From NCBI GenBank assembly GCA_951406725.2, contig OX597825.1, forward strand, positions 77,128,001 to 77,192,000: a DNA stretch of 64,000 bases, written 5' to 3'. Of the stretch, positions 13,496 through 27,585 are shown piece after piece. A model generated the notes under the pieces. That model was not told where the DNA came from. It saw only the letters and a list, made by a program, of their open reading frames with translations, and did not search any database. Made by a program: the position numbers and the translations under genes. Origin of the DNA: Octopus vulgaris. Lineage: Eukaryota. Position 1 is the stretch's first letter, and each line of letters begins with the position of its first letter.

Positions 13496-14283
13496 ATTGT
13501 ACAGCGTCTTGTCTTCTAACAGTGTGAATACATTTAGTATGATACACAGGAGGCGATTTTAATTAAATGTTGTTTCAATTGCACACACTGAGTTTTTCTA
13601 CAACTCAACAAGTTTCTGCCATATCAGTGAATGTCTTATTTATATTTTCTATAATTTAGTTTCAGTAGGTGTTAGTCGGATACATACTGCGTTGACAAAC
13701 ATCATTAGAAAGCAAGAAACTGTGAAACTGTTTGCCATAAATTCCTTTATAAACTAGAGTGAGACGAACATCGTCGCTTTCGCTGCATATATATGTACAT
13801 ACACACATACATACGTACATATATATATATATATTGTGTGTGTGTATGTACGTATGTATGTATATATAGTTTACTGTTCTGGTATAGGTAGTCAACAAAA
13901 AAGTGATCAATCAAGCTCGCAGTCCTTCAATTACTATCGACATCCAATGTAACTAACCACTACATAAAAATATAAATATTCCACGACAACCAGCAATAGC
14001 ACCAACTGTAAGAGCTACCATATGATATTTTACGAATAAAAGAACTAGAAAATGAAATAACATACAGCAAAGTAAAGAAAATTTAATTATGAATAGGTAA
14101 AACACAAAAGCTGCAGCCATTACTTATTTGACTTGGTAACTTTTGCCATGCTTTCGTTAATTGTTTCAGGTGACTGTTTAATTGCGTGAAGATCTAAATA
14201 GTGTTTTCGTTTCTTTCAGCACAGACCCAGCAGAACATCGAGGACGTATGTGTGTGTGTGAATGCCTGTGAGTGTCTGTGTAT

Positions 14284-14352
<69 letters not shown>

Positions 14353-15380
14353 TGTCTGTGTGTGTGTGAAAGGGACAGGCGAACAAACATACAGAGTTAG
14401 AGTGCAAGAGAGTTATGAATGGACAAAGATAAGGCAGGAAGATAGAGAGACAGACACACACCTTGAAGGATTGAAAGAGAGTGAGAGACAGAGCGAGAGA
14501 CACACCAAGAAACACAGAGTCAGGTCGAGGACACAGACAGACACACACAAAGGTGGGGGGAGACAAATAAAAAGAGAAAGAGAGAGAGAGAAGCAGACAG
14601 ATGAAGGAAGAGAGGGAGTCAGACAAATAGAGAGAGACAGACAAGGTGAAAGAGAGAGGCAGTGGTAGCGAGAAGAGAGAAAGTGAGAGAAAAAGGATAG
14701 ATGCACTGGCACTTGGCTGGTCCCTATTAACAGCTGACAGACGGGAGCAACGCAAACTGCAGCAAACAAAGCTCATGGTTCAAGAACACAACAAACAGTC
14801 TGGTCCTGAATCGAACCAATGTCCAAAGGATCGTTAGCCCAACACCTTAACCACTAGGCCACATATCTTCAAAAAAAAAAAAAAGAGCAATAAAATAAAA
14901 ATGTAAAATACAAGAACAGAAAAATCTATAAACAATTAAAGAATAAAATAAAAATGAAATCTTCATTAAATCCCAAGTTATCTTGAAAAGCTTCCGACAG
15001 CCGGTTGTCAATTGTTAGAGCGAAGCGAACAATTGTGTTTTCTATTGGTGATATCGGATTTTTCGGTAATCTAGCAAAGATACGGGCGATGCATGCTCGT
15101 GTATATGTTTTAAATTTCACCACAATAAAATAGAATGAAAAAACCAATTAATATAATAAATACATTAATAAATGATGAAGACAACAACAAATAAAGTAAA
15201 TAACCGCAGCAGAAGATTACAGGTTATAATTCGCCTCTAATTGAAATGTAACGGGCGAGAAGGAGTATATATGAGGTATATTAAGGACGTTGATATATAT
15301 ATTTATATATATGTATTTATATACATGTATATGCACGTATAAAATCGCCCACATACATACGGATATTCAATGTGTATGTC

Positions 15381-15424
<44 letters not shown>

Positions 15425-16069
15425 TATACACACATGCATATGTGTATATATGTGTGTGTATATATATGTACATATATTAAACACAAACACTTTAAACACA
15501 CATACGTATGTATATATATATATATATATATATCCATATGTTTGTAGACGATTTTATACATGCATATATATGTATATATATATATATCCATACGTTTGTA
15601 GGCGATTTTATACATGCATATACATGTATGTATGTATATATATATATGCTTAAAAACGCACAGGAAACATATATGTATGCCTTCATATATACACACGCAT
15701 ACATGCTGACATACACACGTACATACATACATACATACATACATACATACATACATACAGACATACATACATACATACATACATACATACACAAAAACAT
15801 ACATATACTATGCATTATACCACTGACACACAACACTGGAAAGCCAGCATATCCGTTCACACTGATGAATAAACAACAAAGTCATTCTCTGCTTATTTAA
15901 AACATTTGTGTTTGTGTTAAAAAGTTGTTTAATTCAATCAAGACAACCGCCATTTTTCTCCTTAACTTAAAACAATTTTATTTTGACAAAATTAGTTACG
16001 ACGCGCTCTTACTTCTAGCTAACGTACTTCATGTATATGCGCTTATCTGAATATGTATTAGCTTACATA

Positions 16070-16132
16070 AACACATACATATATGTATATATATATATAT
16101 AAACACATGCATACGTAATATAAACAAGAATC

Positions 16133-16182
<50 letters not shown>

Positions 16183-16234
16183 GTATGTATATACATATGT
16201 AACTGGAGATATATCTGTATATATATATATATAC

Positions 16235-16267
<33 letters not shown>

Positions 16268-16377
16268 CATATGTATATATATGTATATATATATACTCAT
16301 ACATATATATATACGTATATTTATATAGATATATGTATATGTATGTATATTTATACATATGTACATATAAGTATATT

Positions 16378-16408
<31 letters not shown>

Positions 16409-16426
16409 ATACATGTATGTTTATGT

Positions 16427-16476
<50 letters not shown>

Positions 16477-16622
16477 CATATAACGTCATAAAAACGATAA
16501 AAGTGCTCAATACATTATTTTGTGGTGTTCACCTTAAATACTCACGAATCACGCGTCTATAAAAACATGTACGTATACACATAGAACCAGACACACAAAC
16601 ACATATGCATAAATGTATGTAC

Positions 16623-16699
<77 letters not shown>

Positions 16700-16797
16700 T
16701 GTTTGAGTGCGTATGTGCGTGATCCTACAATGTTTCGAAGAGAAATGTGCCTTGTCTACTCACGGTTTGGTTTTGCAAGAATGTAATTGGAAACACG

Positions 16798-16876
<79 letters not shown>

Positions 16877-17145
16877 GCACACACACACACGAACATGCAC
16901 ACACGCGCACACACATAGAAGCACATAAACATACACACAAACAACTATATATGATGTATATATGTATGTGTCTGTGTATGCATATATACATATATCAAAA
17001 CATTCATACACACACATGCATATGCATACAAATCTATAGAGATGCTTAGATGTATACACAGATATATAAGTACGTGTATACACGCATACACACACGCATA
17101 CGTACATACATACATATATACATGTGCGTGTATACGTATGTATAT

Positions 17146-17203
<58 letters not shown>

Positions 17204-17423
17204 GTATGTACATGACACCCATATATATATATATACATACATACGCATATGTATATATGTATATATAGATGTGTACATATAGATACGTGTATATATATAT
17301 GTATATGTATGTATATGTATTTACATATGTATGTATGTATATGTATATATATGTATACGTATATATAAATAGATGTATACATATATGTATATATGTATAT
17401 GTATGTATATATACATATATACG

Positions 17424-17504
<81 letters not shown>

Positions 17505-17962
17505 ATGTTGTGCCTTTAACTCTAATCATTAACGTAAGGATTAAATGTTACTCATTCACACGATGTTAATAAAGAAAATAAATACAAACAAAGAAGAATT
17601 AAATAATTGAATAAAACAGAGGAATATTTTAAATTAAGGACTAAAATCCTAAACGGGAACAGTATAAAAATGTTTAAAAAATATCCGAAAATTTCAAACA
17701 TAAACGATGATTGGTATCAAAACCTCGCGAAATGTATGACAAATAAACCAGAAAAGAAAAGCAAAAAGTAAAGAAAAAACAAGGCGTAAACACGCAGAAA
17801 AAACTATAATATTGACTTTGGTAAAAGAAGCTTTTAAATAGAATTTCAATGATAAAACAAGGGGTTTATAATGGCTGATTTGTATGCATTGCCACTGATT
17901 AAGAATAACACAGATAATGTCTGAGATTACAGGGATACACGCAAACATTATTACGTTGTGTG

Positions 17963-18013
<51 letters not shown>

Positions 18014-18157
18014 GTGTATGTATGTGTGTATGTATGTATGCGTGTATGTGTGCATGTATGTATGCATGTATATATTTATATACATATACATACATACACA
18101 CACACATATATATACAGATAAATGTATATATGCATGTATATGCATATATATATATAT

Positions 18158-18207
<50 letters not shown>

Positions 18208-18434
18208 AAACACATATATACTTATATATGTATAAATATATACAGAAAGAATGTGAGAGAGAGAGAGGGGAGAGATAAAATTATATTTATACGTGTATGC
18301 ATCTGTATATGTATACGTATGTATATATATATATATACATATATATATAAATGTATGCATATATATATATACATATACAATTATGTGTAAATCCTTATGA
18401 ACATGAGCGCATAAACAAAAATATGTATTTCTGT

Positions 18435-18473
<39 letters not shown>

Positions 18474-18480
18474 CAATACT
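16070..18480. repeat. Large (TA)n/(CA)n/(TATG)n compound low-complexity field with short unique spacers
   Basis: Directly visible; source of many spurious YI/HT/VC ORFs. Confidence 0.9.
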
Positions 18481-18849
18481 AGAGAAAAAATGGAATTCAT
18501 GAGATTCTGTATTATTCCCTACGGCCGTTTCGACCCATCCTGCATCGGTGTCTCGCTGGTGAGATGCTATGCAAACAGTCGCATCACAACTTATGTGCCA
18601 CGTAGGTTGACTTGGCAAGATGTGTGTCGATTTTTAATCTCGAGTTCGCTTCTTTCCATTAATATACACTCTGATAGTTGTAGTGTATTACTCGTTTACA
18701 TGCTCTAGATGAAAGAAGCTAGCAACAGTGAAGTAATAAATAATTTCTGCTCCATTATTGTGCTAAGTGCAGAGTTTAAGATCTAGGCCAGCGGGCGAGA
18801 TGCGCAGGTTTGTGAAATCGGAGATGCCGCTATCGCGACTAGATTCTTT

Positions 18850-19800
18850 CACAACAACATCTACCACATTCCATGCAACCTAAAGACGGTATGTAGTAAA
18901 CCAGGATTCAATGGGGATCACGTTCGATCCTTTGAAAGCTAGGGGAAAGCATCGTTACGCTACAAATACACAAAAAGCAGCTATTTGGTTCTCGTCTTCA
19001 GAGAGCGTATTCCGTGAATGCACGGCGGCATTTTGTTCAGTGGTCAGAGCTTATGGTTATTTCTCGGAACCATGTCAAATACCGTAATCTGTCCGCCAAT
19101 AGTCTCCTTGCTCATCTCTCCTATATATATATTGACTGACTACACACTATTACGGATAGTGAAGTTGTTGAACAGTAATACCGTTCGAAATGGGAGGCAG
19201 AAAGGCTACATTGGCACTTGTAGACAACATCACAGTCATGATGTCCGTCACCACAGATATGGTAGTAATCGAAACCATTATCAAAGATTAAGAGAATTTG
19301 ACAAGAACAATAATTATCCATAAGCCGGTGGACACACTGCTTAGCTCCTGGACAGGCGATACTATATTGTCAAATAGAATCGTTGCGTGCTACGCAAGTG
19401 ATCCTCTTACATAGTTTTAGATCCGGTTCAGTCAAGAGCTCCAGGTGGATTGGAGCAGGAAAGTTACAAGTACAAAATCAGAAATCTTCAGACAGGTATC
19501 CTCAGAAGGTTGTGCCTTGCTGTAGTTCTCATCAGCAGTTTTAAACATTTACTCATCCACTTCCTGAGAAAGGAACCGCCTTCACTGGTTAAGTAGTCAA
19601 TCTGCTATCAACATCCTCTGAACGTTTGATTCAGTATCCCACGGTTGATGATGTGTAGACCTGAACAGAGGTTACGGATTCTACAGGAAATCCTAAACCG
19701 TGTTCAACTATATTTTTGGCATGTCTTTCAACTACGCGTCTCCTTCGCAGAACTACAGTTCAGGGTCAGTTGAAGACCAAAGCGTTTACTCATAACCACT
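18850..19800 (+). pseudogene. Possible highly decayed non-LTR RT fragment
   Basis: Ordered short matches in shifting frames: PGFNG (about 18901), ILSNRI (about 19364), FDSVSH (about 19625), YGF. Many disruptions. Confidence 0.35.
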
Positions 19801-20098
19801 TATTTAGGCTCGCTTTAATGGTAGATACTCTTTTGACCGATATTGAAGAAATAATCAGTTTTATTGATTTCAACTGCATTCAGGCGATTTGATTTCGTCA
19901 CGGAAAGACTGCTCAGTTCATGGACATAAACTTGTGGTTGTCGACTTTGCAAAGGTTTGACTAAAGATTGGTTTAATGGAAATCTATTTTGCAATAGTAA
20001 AAGTAAGCAATAAACGCAATTTTCTAACTCCATTTTTTGATACTCTCTATCTAGCGATCGTCACTGCAACACCCTAACCGTACTCACACGCACCTTCC

Positions 20099-20149
<51 letters not shown>

Positions 20150-20157
20150 TACATACA

Positions 20158-20201
<44 letters not shown>

Positions 20202-20346
20202 ATATATATATACATGCACACACACACACATATATATAGATATAGATATATATATACATACACACATACACACACACATATATATATAGATATATATATA
20301 CATACATATATATATATATATACACATATATATATATGCATGTATG

Positions 20347-20408
<62 letters not shown>

Positions 20409-20427
20409 CCATACATTTCATATATGT

Positions 20428-20504
<77 letters not shown>

Positions 20505-21488
20505 TGCAGGCAACAATGGTGCTGAATAGTGCCCTTATTCACTTCGGTGACGTATATATCTCTGCCTTTAGGTTGTAAAAGAGAACAGAGATTTGCACAT
20601 CCATATTTTATTATACAGTTATTTATATATCGTTCTTCGCTTTGACCTACGCACGTTTCCACTGCAACCGCTGTACACTGTTAAGTGTGCATCTTAGTGT
20701 TGATTGTCGTTGCGTCTTCTTCAGTGTCCGTTCGTTGCCGTTCGAAGGTCATCTGAAGAAAACTATGTGACTGATCGAACAGGAGTCCTTTGGGAGACGT
20801 TAATATACACATATGACCTTGTGATAAAAGCTCAGGTTACCGAAGCAACATATCTCTCCTCCATCCACTTTAGAACTTCCGGTTGGTTCCTACAGTCACC
20901 CTCACTAAGTAAAAAGTACCCTCAGTACTGCGGTTGATATAAGTTGACTACAATCCCTCGAAGGCTCTGCCCCCTTTATAGCCGCCATCCGTTGATCGAA
21001 ACACGTAAAAGGATAAAAGAAATAATTGGCAATAGTAATCGATATTTGTAAATTGATCTGATATTTGCATCGATGCCACCTTACCGATCAGTATGATCGT
21101 TAACAACAATATTTCTCAACAGGTCACTTCACGCCAGTCGCAAGTAATTGTCTTACTTCATATTCGTCTTCTTCCTCTACCGTTTTTTTCTTTTTAGCTC
21201 TCTACCACCATCTTCACCACCACCACCACCACCACCACCACTACCACGGCCATAAAAGACCCCTTGGTGGAAACAATAAAAGAAAAAATACAGATATTTA
21301 TGCGAACATTATTGATTTTCTTCAAATATGATTACTGCGATTTCTTCGCCAGCCTCTATTGTAATATATTTTTTTTAACTGACAGAGATTTCATAATAAC
21401 CATAATTAATAAGTGAAATGGATATACATTTATTATTTATATTATTATTATTATCAATATATTATTATTGTTGTTGTTGCTATTATTA

Positions 21489-21556
<68 letters not shown>

Positions 21557-21712
21557 ACAAATGAAGGCCTCGTGCTAATGTCATCCTCATCATTGTCATG
21601 ACCACTATTATTATTATTATTATGTTTTTTCCTTCTTTCTTCAAATTTTCTTCCGTTTCTCGACGAGTGTTTTCCATACACCTAGAGCAGATTATTTTTA
21701 TTATTATTATTA

Positions 21713-21771
<59 letters not shown>

Positions 21772-21871
21772 TCTTTTTATCATAGTTTTTTGTTGTTGAG
21801 CTCCTGGAATCTTGCATGCGTAGCGGGCTTGCTGCCTGTAGTCTACAGTACCATGCTATCTATTCATTTCA

Positions 21872-22116
21872 GCACATGGCTATGATGCTCTCCCACTGCT
21901 TCTGCTCGTGGTCAGAGATGCATATATCATCAACCACCAAGGGACATGCTCAACTGGTTAAGGTCAAGCTAACAAGTAAATCTGTGGCACTGAGCAGAAT
22001 ATTTGCTGTAGCCCATCTTTTTATACCAAGACAAAACAATGTACCTGGTAACACTTGCAATCAGTTACGAGCAGAAGCCATGAGAGCCACCGCCTGATTC
22101 TGCATCAGGGCATTTA
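21872..22116. mobile_element. Unclassified repeat D, fragment 1, ending in (ATT)n
   Basis: 21872-22000 (CACATGGCTATGATGCTC..AAATCTGTGGCACTGAGCA) is repeated at 22603-22729. Confidence 0.65.
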
Positions 22117-22128
22117 TTATTATTGCTG

Positions 22129-22225
<97 letters not shown>

Positions 22226-22289
22226 CATTATTATTATCATTATTACTATTTTTATTATTATTATTATCATTATTATTATTATTATTATT

Positions 22290-22729
22290 GAGTGAGCGAG
22301 CAGAGCATGCCATCAAAGTGACACTGGGGTAAAATATACGAAGCCCAGTATACCCATCATGACTACCCGTCTGATAAGGGTACACCAGGCACATGCATCA
22401 CAACCATATGTGCGCGACATGGTGATCTCATATCAAGATAAACAGCACATGACCTTGCAGGTGGAGCCCAGTTAGTATTTTCTTCAGATCGAGTAACCCA
22501 TCCCGCTCAAAAGGTCCCTGAATAAGGGTTGTTTAAGGACGTTGAACGAAACACCCATGTTTCCAGAGGTGAATTATTCAAACCCCAAAGAATCCTTCTC
22601 AACACATGGCTATGATGCTCCCCCACTACTTCTGCTCGTGATCAGAGATGCACATATCGTCAGCCACTAAGGGACATGGTCAACTGGTTACGGTCAAACA
22701 ACTGACAAGCAAATCTGTGGTATTGAGCA
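22290..22729. mobile_element. Unclassified repeat D, fragment 2, bounded on both sides by (ATT)n
   Basis: Shares about 130 bp with fragment 1; sharp boundaries into ATT arrays; no ORF similarity recognised. Confidence 0.65.
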
Positions 22730-22800
<71 letters not shown>

Positions 22801-22823
22801 TATTATTATTATTATCATCATCA

Positions 22824-22887
<64 letters not shown>

Positions 22888-22925
22888 CATCATCATCATT
22901 ATTATTATTATTATTAACATCATCA

Positions 22926-22986
<61 letters not shown>

Positions 22987-23139
22987 CATCATCATCATAT
23001 TATTATTATTAGTAGTAGTAGTAAAGTTGACTCCAAGTCTCACCCAGAGACCTCAAGAGACAACAAGTTGGAAGTTCATCTTTGTGTTATGCCCAGGGTG
23101 CCATATATTTGGTTTTGTACTTAGTGTTGTTCTAGAGAA

Positions 23140-23482
23140 TGTTTAAGAAACCATAAGAAAATTATGTTTGAAAAGGAAAGTGAGGGTAGAGAGGGAAGGG
23201 CTGCCTCCCAGTAATTTTGTTAAAAGGTGGGTGAATGCAACACGCATGGCCTCTAGATCGAGGGTTGATGAAATGGAGAGGGAACTTGTCCTAGCGGTCA
23301 GGGCGATCGTGGCTTTTGTGAGGTTTCCACGAACAGCCCTTGGAGCCTCCCTCTTTTGGGGATTTACTTGTTCCAATTTTCATTTTTATTGTCTTTTTAC
23401 ATGATTAAATCCCACTGTTTTGGTATTGTATCCTTCTGTGCCGTTCCCAATCGTTTATATAAACCTTCAGTGGTGAATAAAG
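23140..23482 (+). mobile_element. Probable LINE 3' end (Tx1/L1-like C-terminus plus 3' UTR)
   Basis: LKRKVRVEREGLPPSNFVKRWV (FxxxW terminal motif), T-rich UTR, AATAAA immediately before an (ATT)n tail. Confidence 0.45.
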
Positions 23483-23669
<187 letters not shown>

Positions 23670-23699
23670 TTCTTCTTCTTCTTCTTATTATTATTCTTC

Positions 23700-23739
<40 letters not shown>

Positions 23740-23748
23740 TACTATTAC

Positions 23749-23803
<55 letters not shown>

Positions 23804-24164
23804 TCATTTGTTTCGAAATATATCTTTCTCTGAAACGTTCTAATTTGATACAAGTATTGATTATTTGAAGATATTGATTAATTTTTAGTGTTTTAATTAT
23901 TTCGAAATTCGAGACAGAAGTAAATGACATTATTTCCCCATTCACACCCACTTCTTTATTGATCTGTAACTGATTGAACAATAGGCTGCCATCAATGGGA
24001 CTCGATAGAATATCGATGATAAAACAACAAATAAGTAATCGATAAATACATATATATTTGTGTGTGTGTATGTATGTATATATATATATGTATGTATGTA
24101 TATGTATGTATATATGTATGTATATGTATATATGTATGTATATGTATGTATGTATATATGTATG

Positions 24165-24196
<32 letters not shown>

Positions 24197-24202
24197 TGTA
24201 TG

Positions 24203-24244
<42 letters not shown>

Positions 24245-24629
24245 TATATAATCAATGTGTAGTTATTGTTTAAGGTCTAGACCAAGGGAGACATTATGAG
24301 CAAAGACCTTCCAGCTGCAAGCCTTCCACCTTTCAAGCACTACATTACTTAATGCGGTGTTCCTTTCCTCATTTTCTTTTAAGAGTCTAAAAATGGGATT
24401 TCGGCAGGAATTGGCCGCAACTTTCAACAGGTCGAGAAGGAAAAGGAGATTCCCGCCTTGTGCAACGAATTGGCCGTCTTGGTAGAGCGTCGGCCAAAAT
24501 ATATTTCTGTGTAGTTGTATTCCTTGTGCGCTCAAATCTCGCAGATGTCGACTTAAATTTTCTTCTTTCTGACGCCCATAAAATAAAGTACCAGTTAATA
24601 ATCAACCGTACCTTCATTTCACTTTTAGG

Positions 24630-25165
24630 ATGGAATTGGGATAGTGAAGAGAAACTGTGTACAGTTGTGGAAATCATCTGCCCATCGGATGATAACATAA
24701 AGCTGAAGATCAGTGAAAAAGAGAACACCTACTCTGAAATATTGAGAAATCTGCAGTTACTCTATCCAGTTCAGGTTTATACCTGTAATTATTGGGGGCA
24801 CTGAGATATGTAACACACTGCCTAAGTGCTAATCCTGAGAAATTAGGCTTCTCAAAACCAGAAAGGAGAAAGGTAATTGGAGGTATATGGATCCAATCCA
24901 TAACTAGAACTATAAAAATCTGTAAAACTTTCCAGAAGTTTATCATTTAGATATATATGAGCATGTCTGGATATGCAACTATATGTATGAGAATGCATAG
25001 ATAAAATATGCAAATCTGCACATGCATATATACGTACATAAATACATACATACATGCATACAAAAATACCCTGTTGCTGAAATTCCAATGAAGGAGCCTT
25101 GGATCTAGGTTAGAAACCGGATCTTTCTCTATTGGTAAGAAATCTTGAAACAAACTGAATAATGA
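24630..25165 (+). mobile_element. 3' end of an RLE-type (R4/Dong-like) non-LTR retrotransposon
   Basis: WDSEEKLCTVVEIICPSDDNIKLKISEKENTYSEILRNLQLLYP, then after frameshift [32 protein letters not shown] (restriction-like endonuclease region). 3' UTR ends ACTGAATAATGA then (CATA)n. Confidence 0.8.
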
Positions 25166-25803
25166 CATACATACATACATATTTGTGCGTGTTATGTATT
25201 GATATATTTTACGAATGCTTTAAACAAACCCAAATCAGTTCTAATATTGGCTGTAAAAGAAAACTGAGATCGATTTTATTAAAGAAAAAAGCGAACTAAC
25301 ACTCCTCCCCCAAATAGCTGCTGAATATTTCTTTAGAAACCTGCTTCAGTAGCACCACAACTCCCTTCTGCTTATCCACCTACTTATCCACCCGATCACC
25401 AGTACATTTGCCATGTTACTATATCAGAAGGTGCAAAGCTATTTTATCTGTAGATTTAGGATTATCCTTGCTTCTCAGCAAATATGCTATTATTGCTCCT
25501 CTACAGAGCTAGAACATATCTGAAAAGGAGATTTCTTCAAGTGATTTCAATAAGATGTTTGAGCTGAACTGAATGGCGAAAGACACCTGCATCCGGTGCG
25601 AGCAGTCTTTAACACATCTAGACCGCACTATGTAAAGATTCCTTCTATTCGCAATACCATTTTCGTAGAAGCACCATTTCTTTTTTTTTTTTCTTATCTT
25701 TATCTTGATAAATGTTTGTTTTTGTGTTTTTATTTTTCAGATTGACTTTCATTTTAATTAACCTTTCGAAAGAAAAAAAAACAAAAACAAGAAAGATAAA
25801 ATT

Positions 25804-25987
25804 CGCAGGCGTGGCTGTGCGGTAAGAAGCTTGCTTTCCAATCACATGGTTCTGGGTTCAGTCCTACAGCGTAGCATATTGAGCACATGTTTCCAAATAA
25901 AGCCTTATGAGTAGATTTCGTAGACGGAAATTGAAAGAAGCTCGTTGTGAGTGAGTATCTTTATATATATATATAAATATATATATG

Positions 25988-26020
<33 letters not shown>

Positions 26021-26315
26021 ATACATACATACATACATATATATGTGTGTGTATGTGTCTATATGTGTGTGTGTGTGTGTATAAGTGTGTGTGTGTGTGT
26101 ATAAGTGTGTGTGTGTGTATATTTGTACCCCATCATCGTAACACGAATATTGGATTGTATGTGTCTCCGTAACTTAGCAGTTCAGTCAAAGAAACCGATA
26201 AGTACCAGACTTTAAAAATCAAGTAATAGGGATCGATTCATTCAACTAAACTCTTCAAGGCGATGCTCCAGCATGGCCGCAGTCCATTGACTGAAGCAAT
26301 GAAAGTTAAAAGATA
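25804..26315 (+). mobile_element. SINE family A copy with expanded internal microsatellite
   Basis: Head GCAGGCGTGGCTGTGCGGTAAGAAGCTTG; about 170 bp TA/CATA/TG in the middle; tail GCTCCAGCATGGCCGCAGTCC. Confidence 0.85.
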
Positions 26316-26461
26316 ACAGACAAAAAGCAAGTAGAGGTGGAATAACTGAATGGATATGGTACAAGTCTATGTGAGGAGATATTTGCCTAAAGTGATGTGC
26401 AGTAAGATCGAACGTGAAGCTTCGATGCTGCGAAGAGAACACTTAATTACGCTTTAATAAT

Positions 26462-26858
26462 TATTTCTCCTCTTGGCACAAGGCCTTGAAAATTTTGGGG
26501 GAAGGGCGCTAGCCCACTACATCACCCTAAGTGTGTAACTGGTATTTGTTTCATCGACTCAGAAAGGATGAAAGGCAAAGTCGACCTCGGCGGAATTTGA
26601 ACTCAGAATAGAAGGATGAACGAAATACCGCAGAACATTTTGTCCGGAGTGTTAACGATTCTGCCAGCTCGCTGCCTTAAGCTACGCTATAATATTCTTT
26701 TCTACTCTAGGCACAACGCTCGAAATTTTTGGAGAGGGGAGGCAGTCGATTAGATCAGCCCCAGTAGGCAACTAGTATTTAATTTATCGACCCCGAAAGG
26801 ATGAAAGGCAAAGTCGACCTCGGCGGAATTTGAACTCAGAACGTAAAGACAGACGAGC
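26462..26858 (-). mobile_element. Two tandem SINE family B copies (26462-26679, 26692-26858)
   Basis: GAAAGGATGAAAGGCAAAGTCGACCTCGGCGGAATTTGAACTCAGAA occurs twice; head rc AGGCAGCGAGCTGGCAGAATCGTTA. Confidence 0.88.
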
Positions 26859-27167
26859 TACGCGATAATATCAAAACACTCAAGCTTAAGGGGTTACCTC
26901 TTACTTGTTCCAGACTGCTGCCATGCTGGGGTACCACGTTAAGGGATTTTACTCGAATAGCATGACCTCAGTACAATGTTTTTTAAAAAATCTGGTACCT
27001 ATTCTATTGGTTCCTGCTAGAGAGTACTGGTCTCTTCCTGAAATATTTCTGGCCTTGTACCGATATCAGAAACAGATGTTTAAAGACAGCTAATATGTTG
27101 AGCCAAAAGTTTTGCATATTTTGGTAATTTATCTGCTCCATTCGTCAACTTATAATAATAGCAGCCG

Positions 27168-27325
27168 AGTATTCAAAGTAGAGGCCATCGTGTTGTACCG
27201 TCTGAAGTTACCTTTCTGGTAGTTATTTGATCCCACACTGATAACCGTCCTTGTTCTTCAAGGCGAAGACTTCCTTCATTGAAGCCTCCATCTCTTCTGG
27301 ATTGATAAAGCGTCGCAAGCGCACA
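27168..27325 (-). pseudogene. mariner transposase C-terminal remnant
   Basis: RRFINPEEMEASMKEVFALKNKDGYQCGIK*LPER*LQTVQHDGLYFEY matches the mariner C-terminus pattern (GIxxLxxRWxxxxxxxGxYF). Confidence 0.7.
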
Positions 27326-27360
27326 AAGTGAATCATAGATCTGAACAATTACGGGGCCTA

Positions 27361-27585
27361 AGGCCGCGAGGCTGTAGAATCATTAACACGCCGGGTATAA
27401 AGCTTAACGGCATTTCAACCGTCTTTTACGTTCTCTGTTCAAATTCTGTTGAGATTGACTTTCCCTTTCATCCATTCGGGGTCGATAAAATAAGTCCAGT
27501 TGACTACTGGAGTCGATGTAAACGATTTAGCCCGCGCCCCCTCACTGAAACTGTTAGCCTTGTACCAAAAGTTTGAAATCAATAT
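27361..27585 (+). mobile_element. SINE family B copy
   Basis: GTTCAAATTCTG..GACTTTCCCTTTCATCCATTCGGGGTCGATAAAATAAGT..CTTGTACCAAAAGTTTGAAATCAATAT. Confidence 0.8.
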
